Below are positions 57,932 to 64,000 of a DNA stretch of 64,000 nt, piece after piece. Numbering within the stretch: the stretch's first letter is position 1; every line of letters begins with the position of its first letter. The position numbers and the translations under genes were made by a program. The notes beneath the pieces are model-generated. The model saw only the letters and a program-made list of their open reading frames with translations, had not been told where the DNA came from and ran no database searches. The DNA is from Nannocystales bacterium (GTDB taxonomy: Bacteria > Myxococcota_A > Polyangia > Nannocystales > Nannocystaceae): contig JBOEGF010000042.1 in assembly GCA_050633305.1 (NCBI GenBank), positions 63,408 to 127,407 of the forward strand. The letters run 5' to 3'.

Positions 57932-59729
57932 CTCGCTGTACCTCCTCGAGTGCGTCGACCTTGGCTCGTAGGGTCGCCAACGTGTCCTCGCTCGCTGCCC
58001 CTTGCCCTTTGGCCGCGGCGAGTCGGACCCGAAGTGCTTCCAGCGTGCCGACGAGATCGAGCAAACGAGCGGACCACGTATCCCGCTCGTGCATCAGCGC
58101 ATGAACGTCGTCGGTTGGGCGTTGGAGATCGGCACGCTCGAGCTGGCGATCGATCGTATCGAGCCGCCCCGCGGCCACGACGGCCTGGTCGATGGCGGCA
58201 GTGGCTTCGGTGTCGAGGGAACCGTCGCCCCCGGTCGCCTCGCGGAGGGCGAGCACGCGCGACACCACGCCGCGCAGCGCTTCACGGTGTCGCTGCGACT
58301 CCATCCCAGCGGCGACAGTCGACACCGCGTCCATTCGGCTGCTCAAGGCCGGCGGGAGTGCAGAGCCCCCGCCCACCCGCTTGGCCTTGGGTCGGAGCGT
58401 CTGGAGTGCCGTGACCGCGGGTCCGATCAGCAGGAGCACGGGCAAGATCAGGAGCAGCATCGGAGAGTCGATCATGGTGTTCACCATGCTCACGAACGAG
58501 ACCGCCACGATCCCCGCGACACGTCCGCCCAAGACGACAGCCTTCTTGCGCGCGGCGGGCAGCGCCATCGCTCCCCCTTGATGGACCACGGCATCCAAGC
58601 CCAGTGTCTTCAGCGCGCCAACAAGCTGGTCGGCGCCCGCCGAGTCGACACCGTTGAGCAGAACGAAGGGAAGTCGGGGAATCGTCTTTTCGAGCTTTCG
58701 CGCTTCGATGCCCAACGTAGGGTTGTCACGCAACCAGGCCACCAGAACCGCGCGCAGCTTGCTGTCCAGTTTGCTCGCGACCTCGCCGGGACCGGTCACG
58801 AAGACCGTGTGCTCACCGTCGACGAGACGGGGCACCGGAGTCTGGCAAGAGAGGCAGATACGGAGCGCATCCACGAGTGGGGCCCCACACTGCGCGCAGC
58901 GCCCGAGGTCGAGGGCCGACGCGGAGACGACCATCGCGGTCTCGCCGCGCTGGAGCCCCTCGAGCAGGTCGGCCACGGCTGACGCGCTTTGAACCCGGTC
59001 CGCAGGCGTTTTTTCGAGGAGCTGGCTGATCAGTGCGGCCAACGCCGGGTCGACCGAGGGCATCGGCGGCACGGGAGCGGTTCGATGCTGTTCCAAGACC
59101 CCGAACGAGGTCGCGCCCGAGAACGGCGGGTGCCCCACCGCGAGCTCAAAGAGGATGCAGCCCAGACCGTACAGGTCCGAGCGAGCATCGACAGCGAGCG
59201 GGTCGAGGGACTCCGGAGCCATGTAGTCCGGCGTTCCGAGTACGGTCAGTGCGCTGCGGTCCACCCCTGCGAGTGACGCGGCGCGGGCCATCCCGAAGTC
59301 CGCGATCTTGGGGACGTCGCCTGGAGCGAGCAGGATGTTGGCCGGCTTGAGGTCGCGGTGAATGACCCCTGCGTCATGGGCCGCAGCGAGCCCGCGCGCG
59401 ATGCCGAGACCCAGGGCGATCACCCGTGCCGTCGCCAACGGCGCATCCGAAGCGATCACGTGCTGCAGCGTCGGCCCCTCGACCAACTCCATCAGCAGGA
59501 CGTCTTCACCGCCAACGTCTACGCGGCCGTGGACGCGGACGACGTTGGTGTGCTCGACCGCTCGGACGACCTCCGCCTCCCTGGCGAATCGACTTGCAGC
59601 GTCTTCCTCCCCGCGGCGCGAGGCGTGCAACACCTTGCCCGCGAACGCTTTCCCGGCGGAGTCTTCAACCCGAAAGACGGTTGCGACCGCCCCGGCGCCC
59701 AACTCCTCGCAGATTCGCAGGTCCTCCAC
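57924..59729 (-). CDS. Ser/Thr kinase-Zn ribbon-2TM-helical protein
   Basis: GAGAVA, FAGK, HRDLKPAN, DFG, GTPDYMAPE; CAQC...CLSC; two TM segments. Confidence 0.92.
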   Translation of the reverse strand: MEDLRICEELGAGAVATVFRVEDSAGKAFAGKVLHASRRGEEDAASRFAREAEVVRAVEHTNVVRVHGRVDVGGEDVLLMELVEGPTLQHVIASDAPLATARVIALGLGIARGLAAAHDAGVIHRDLKPANILLAPGDVPKIADFGMARAASLAGVDRSALTVLGTPDYMAPESLDPLAVDARSDLYGLGCILFELAVGHPPFSGATSFGVLEQHRTAPVPPMPSVDPALAALISQLLEKTPADRVQSASAVADLLEGLQRGETAMVVSASALDLGRCAQCGAPLVDALRICLSCQTPVPRLVDGEHTVFVTGPGEVASKLDSKLRAVLVAWLRDNPTLGIEARKLEKTIPRLPFVLLNGVDSAGADQLVGALKTLGLDAVVHQGGAMALPAARKKAVVLGGRVAGIVAVSFVSMVNTMIDSPMLLLILPVLLLIGPAVTALQTLRPKAKRVGGGSALPPALSSRMDAVSTVAAGMESQRHREALRGVVSRVLALREATGGDGSLDTEATAAIDQAVVAAGRLDTIDRQLERADLQRPTDDVHALMHERDTWSARLLDLVGTLEALRVRLAAAKGQGAASEDTLATLRAKVDALEEVQRDV

Positions 59730-59943
59730 TCAGGTCTCCATTGTGGAGCTGAGGGAGACGGCCGGCGAGGAACGGCGGCGGACGGAGGGCTTTCGCGAGG
59801 CCGAAGAGGGCGAGAGAGACGTCGGGTCAGGCTTCACCACGGGCTGCTAGCGAAGGTAACCTAGAGTCAACGCGAGTATTCCCGACGCCCGCTCAAGCCG
59901 TTGTTTCGAGCTCGGATGGGCAAACCGCAGCTCAGAGACCGGG

Positions 59944-61074
59944 TTACAGGGCGTTCAGCCAGTCCGCGATCGCCTGTCCGATCTCGTGGGGATGGTCCTC
60001 TTGGAGGTAGTGCAGACCCGCTCCGACGCCGACCGAGGTGAGGTTGGGGAGGTTGTCCTGGGCCCAACTCACGTCCTCGGCAGTGTTGACGACCCCCGGC
60101 TCAACATGGACGTGAAGCTTCGGGATCTGCGACGTTTGCAATGCGTCGAGGTAGGCGACCTGGCGGGCGTGCACGTCCGCCGGCTCACCTCCGACCGGCA
60201 GCTCTCGGGGGAAGACCAGCATCGGACCACGTGTCTGTGGATCGAGGAAGGGTTCTCGATAGCGGTCGTGCTCTTCGGGGGTCAGGTCCCGAAGCACCAT
60301 CGAGGGGATCATGGCTTCGATGAACAGGTTGTCTTCGAGGATCATCGGCTCGCCGACGCCCTCGGTTCGAACGGCCTGCATGAACATCGCCGTCTGCTCG
60401 TCCCAAAAGTCGTATCCGGGGATCGGGCGCAACATGGACTCCATGAACGCGATGCCCCGGATCTGCTCCGGGTGTTGCATCGCGTAGTCGAAGCCGAGGA
60501 AGGAGCCCCAGTCATGGACCACCAACGCGAGGTCATCGCCGATCTCCAACGCCTGGATGAACGCCTCGAGGTACTGGGCATGGTCCGCGACGCGGTAGTC
60601 GATGTCGGGTTTTCCGGACTCCCCGAAGCCGATCAGGTCGACTGCGATGACGCGGTGGCTCGACGTCAGGTGTGGAATGACGTTGCGCCACAGATAGGCG
60701 GATGTGGGTTGTCCGTGCAGAAGCAGAACCGGGGGCCCACTCCCCTCGTCCACGTAGTGCATCGACGAACCCAGGACGTCGACAAAGTGCGACTCGAACG
60801 GGAAGTCCGCGCTGATGCCGTCACCCCCGCCGTCTGTTCCAGTGGCAGGGTCCCCCGTCTCGTCCCCCGTATCCGTGGCTTCAGCGGCTGTGGTCCCCGC
60901 GCTTGCTTCCGACGAACCGCTGTCAGAGGACTCGTCTCCTGTCGTGGTGGTTGCTCCCGTGGGGTTCGAGCTCGTTTCTGGGTCGAGGCTCGGGTCGGCG
61001 TCGTCGGAGGCACACCCGAGTCCGGGGGCGAGAAGAAGGGCCGCAAGGGCCCATACGTGGTGTTTGTGATGCAT
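59944..61074 (-). CDS. Haloalkane dehalogenase (DhaA/HLD-II-like) lipoprotein
   Basis: GLGC lipobox, Thr/Asp linker, then GISADFPFESHFVDVLGSSMHYVD, HGQPT, HDWGS, FMES, GLHYLQED. Confidence 0.9.
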   Translation of the reverse strand: MHHKHHVWALAALLLAPGLGCASDDADPSLDPETSSNPTGATTTTGDESSDSGSSEASAGTTAAEATDTGDETGDPATGTDGGGDGISADFPFESHFVDVLGSSMHYVDEGSGPPVLLLHGQPTSAYLWRNVIPHLTSSHRVIAVDLIGFGESGKPDIDYRVADHAQYLEAFIQALEIGDDLALVVHDWGSFLGFDYAMQHPEQIRGIAFMESMLRPIPGYDFWDEQTAMFMQAVRTEGVGEPMILEDNLFIEAMIPSMVLRDLTPEEHDRYREPFLDPQTRGPMLVFPRELPVGGEPADVHARQVAYLDALQTSQIPKLHVHVEPGVVNTAEDVSWAQDNLPNLTSVGVGAGLHYLQEDHPHEIGQAIADWLNAL

Positions 61075-61237
61075 GAGTTGAGCCTTGTTGATGCGGAGAA
61101 GCCCCCTCCGAGCCGGCTGCATGCGCGTCTCGGGATGCTTCTCAGGGTCGTGAGAGCCGGGCTTTCCGACCTGGATTCGATATAGCTGCCCGAAACCACA
61201 CCGAGAACGGCGACGTTTGAAGTCTGGGACGTCAGAA

Positions 61238-62167
61238 ATGCACAGCTTCGACTGGGATGGACTTCACCTCGTGCTTCGGCTGGCTCGCTGCGGCTCGCTG
61301 CTTGCCGCCGCTCGCGAGCTACGGATCAGCCACAGCACCCTGTCCAGGAGGCTCGCCGCGCTCGAGGAGAAATATGGCGAGCCTCTGTTTGAGCGGCGCG
61401 CACGGGGCCTCGTTCCAACGCCGACCGCGACGCAGATCATCGAGGTTGCCGCCGTGATGGAGCAGGAAGCTCAGCGACTCGAACGCGACTTGTTGGGCAA
61501 CGACATCCGGCTGGAGGGCGACTTGAGAGTGACCATGCCCGACCTCATCGCTCGCCGGCACGGGGATGTACTCGCTGCGTTCACGCGCCGCTACCCTGGC
61601 ATCCGGCTGGAGATCGTCTGCGCGAACGCGACGCTGGACCTGGGGCGACGCGAGGCCGATATTGCGCTGCGACTCTCCGACCGCCCTCCTCCTCACCTGG
61701 TCGGCCGCAAGCTGCTGCGCATGGAGTTTGCCTTGTATGGGGCGCGGGAACTCCTGGGCACCGACGAAACGCCGCCGCTCGAGTCATTGCCGTGGGTCGC
61801 CTGGGATCGGCGTATGGCGGCACACGTCACCGAGGTCTGGATGGCGGAGCATGTGCCGAATGCCCGCATCGCCGGCATCCTCGACAACACCCTGATCATG
61901 CACGAGGCTCTTCGACACGGCATCGGCATCGGCTTCTTCAACTGTGTCGACGGAGACGAAGACCAAGCGCTGGTCCGGCTACGTCCGCCCGAGCCCGGCT
62001 TTGGTATGGACCTGTGGGCGCTGACGCATCCCGATCTGCGCCGATCGGCCCGCGTCCGGTGCTTTATGGACCATGTGCATGAAGCCCTCGTGCCGTGGCG
62101 GTCGCGATACCTCGGCCGAGCGCAGGACGATGCGCCCACCATCGGCTCAGACCCACTGGACACCTAG
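61238..62167 (+). CDS. LysR family transcriptional regulator
   Basis: GSLLAAARELRISHSTLSRR, RREADIALR, LTHPDLRRSARVR; divergent from the dehalogenase. Confidence 0.93.
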   Translation: MHSFDWDGLHLVLRLARCGSLLAAARELRISHSTLSRRLAALEEKYGEPLFERRARGLVPTPTATQIIEVAAVMEQEAQRLERDLLGNDIRLEGDLRVTMPDLIARRHGDVLAAFTRRYPGIRLEIVCANATLDLGRREADIALRLSDRPPPHLVGRKLLRMEFALYGARELLGTDETPPLESLPWVAWDRRMAAHVTEVWMAEHVPNARIAGILDNTLIMHEALRHGIGIGFFNCVDGDEDQALVRLRPPEPGFGMDLWALTHPDLRRSARVRCFMDHVHEALVPWRSRYLGRAQDDAPTIGSDPLDT

Positions 62168-62798
62168 CGCGGTGTGCATTTCTACAGCCGGGATCCCCTC
62201 GGGACTCGCGCACCGTTCATGGCTCACGTCCCATTTCGGACGGCGGCCGGCACCGCCTTCGCGACAGATGCGAGGTCCGTGAGGGACGAGCGTAGTTGCG
62301 GTCTACGGGTTTCCAGAGGGGCCTAGCGGCCCTTCGCGGAGGACATGTATCTGGCGTGGTCGTGGATTCTCCGTCCGTGAGCGCAGCAGTTCACGGTGTC
62401 GTCCGGTGTATGGACACCCGCAACCGGCGCTCGATCCATGTGGCCAGGGACGGCATCATGTTGATCGTGCACGCGGGCGAGCACCTCGGTCCTCAACGCC
62501 TACGCTGTCGGCTCCGACGGCTTGAGAGCGTTGTGTGCAGAGCCGGGAGCAGCTGCCGGTCCGTGACCTGTTCGGGTCGGTTCGGTCCGGGGGGCATGGT
62601 TCAGTGTGACCTCAGAGTTAGAGCGACGGCCAGTACGGACACGACCACATGCCCTGCAGGGACAGTGGTGCGGCGCGTGTGCGATGCAGGGCCGACGGCA
62701 AGGCCACGGTCGCGCCCCTGTTGGTCCCGACCACGGGGATCGGGGATGCGCGTCGACCAACGGCGGCTCCCCACCAGCAGACGTAGGGTGGGGACCCC

Positions 62799-63389
62799 AT
62801 GACCGAGCTCGACTTCCAGGCATTCACTCGGTTGCTCATGGACAACCTCGAGGCGGCCTACTCGTCCCTCCTGGACCGCTTTCCGGGCCACAGTCTGTAC
62901 ACGTTTGGTCCTTACACCAACGCAGCGTTCGAGTACTTGGTACCCACCGCGTCGAGTGACCGCGGGCTCGCTGAAGCCGTTGCCACGTACAAGCAGGGCA
63001 AGAGCTACGCCGCCGTACCCGTCGAAACCCTCGCTCTGCAGCTCAAGTGGTCGCCGTGTGACAGCCCCCTGCACGAGGACGTCTCGTTCGAGGACGAGAT
63101 CACCGCCTTCATGGAACACGTCAGCGACGGGCTACGGTCAGCCTACGAAGACGAGGACCACGCAGCCTGCCACGAGCTCGACGAGTCCGTGCACGTGGCC
63201 ATGTGCACTGCCGTCAAGACCCTCGACATGCGCGGCGTCTTCGGGTCGGGAGAACAGCGCCCACTTCTCAACATCTGGAAAGCCGACCAGACCGAGGAGG
63301 AACGCATCTCGTTTGCGGAGATCCTCAATCCGGCAGCTGTCGTCTCTCGGTTTCAGGCGGAGCTGTTGGAAATTTCTAGGATTGGGTGA
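62799..63389 (+). CDS. DUF4303-like protein
   Basis: LYTFGPYT...PTASS..GL...LKWSPCD, LDMRGVFG. Confidence 0.65.
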   Translation: MTELDFQAFTRLLMDNLEAAYSSLLDRFPGHSLYTFGPYTNAAFEYLVPTASSDRGLAEAVATYKQGKSYAAVPVETLALQLKWSPCDSPLHEDVSFEDEITAFMEHVSDGLRSAYEDEDHAACHELDESVHVAMCTAVKTLDMRGVFGSGEQRPLLNIWKADQTEEERISFAEILNPAAVVSRFQAELLEISRIG

Positions 63390-63540
63390 GGGCGAATCCC
63401 TCCGGGACTCCCCCTCACCCCGAAGGTTCCGGGACGCTGCGTTCGCTAGTACCAGCCCCCAAGACCAAGCAGGATTCGCCCACCGCTTGCAGTCGTCCTG
63501 CCCCCACAGCGTTGAATCCGCAGGATTCAACGACATACAG
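63390..63540. repeat. Dispersed palindromic element, copy 2
   Basis: GGGCGAATCC(63390)...GGATTCGCCC(63481), hairpin CGTTGAATCC-GCA-GGATTCAACG, ACATACAG tail. Confidence 0.85.
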
Positions 63541-63561
63541 CCGCAGTCCCGATCAACCGCC

Positions 63562-63990
63562 GGCTCCAGGCCTCTCGAGGACTGGCCGTGACCCGCTTGC
63601 CCCGTGGATGCCACCACATCCCTCGCAGGCTCCAGGCCTCATGGGCTGGCAATGGTGAGAGCCTCAATCCTGCTCCTGCGCCTGTGGTGAATCACCTCCC
63701 GGTCCCGTAGCTCGCAGGCTCCAGGCCCCTCGAGACCCCGCCGCCACCCGCTTGCCCGGGATCCCCGGACTCGGCTTGTAGGGCTACACCGGGAGTCGGT
63801 GGCCTCCGAGCTCGGCTCGAGTTCTCTGGGCGCTCGGTTGAGCAAGCCCGCCGGGGTGCGGTTTCGTTGGGTCTGCCGCCCGCAGCGCCGGTCTGGGCTG
63901 CGGGATAGACGGGGGTCCCGATCGGGACTACGGCTGGAATGCTCGGTTGAGGAAGCGCGCCGGGGTGGCCGGTTTCATTGGGTCTCCCGC
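63562..63990. repeat. Degenerate non-coding repeat cluster
   Basis: GGCTCCAGGCC x3 (63562, 63628, 63717); ~48-bp unit x2 (63832, 63941). Confidence 0.75.
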
Positions 63991-64000
63991 GCTCCGGTCT

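Noticed and set aside
59730..59840. In-frame upstream ORF whose TGA abuts the kinase GTG start
   Set aside because: Ser/Pro/Arg-rich and non-coding-like; the kinase has its own GGAG SD.
62168..62798. CDS or ncRNA in the 630-bp gap
   Set aside because: No ORF with recognisable motifs and no convincing structure.

Overview
High-GC (roughly two-thirds G+C) bacterial chromosomal window. The gene content points to a myxobacterium (Myxococcota, probably Nannocystaceae-like; inference): TPR-tailed Ser/Thr kinases, a Myxococcales-type sigma-70, many lipoproteins with Thr/Asp/Ser-rich linkers, and a 1808-aa TPR protein. I find about 52 intact CDSs, mostly signalling, regulatory, redox/hydrolase and secreted proteins, plus leuA and thiE, and four gene remnants. 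I see no rRNA, tRNA, CRISPR array, transposase or integrase. Highlights: (1) a translationally coupled paralogous kinase/pseudokinase pair with an unusual kinase-Zn ribbon-L7/L12-like-2TM-helical architecture (56036-59729); (2) a ~150-bp dispersed palindromic element with a compensatory base change, present twice directly at gene stop codons and followed by local repeats; (3) a recurring TANNNT box 6-7 nt before start codons, and three sigma-54-like -24/-12 motifs at identical spacing to start codons, both implying leaderless mRNAs; (4) AT-rich palindromic operators in front of the DUF2239, Fic and MarR-linked genes; (5) a lipid-anchored haloalkane dehalogenase with Gln in place of the halide-binding Asn; (6) a pseudogene cluster bracketed by 170-bp direct repeats and an internally deleted AspBHI/Mrr-type nuclease. 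Family assignments come from motif recognition by eye, not from database searches.
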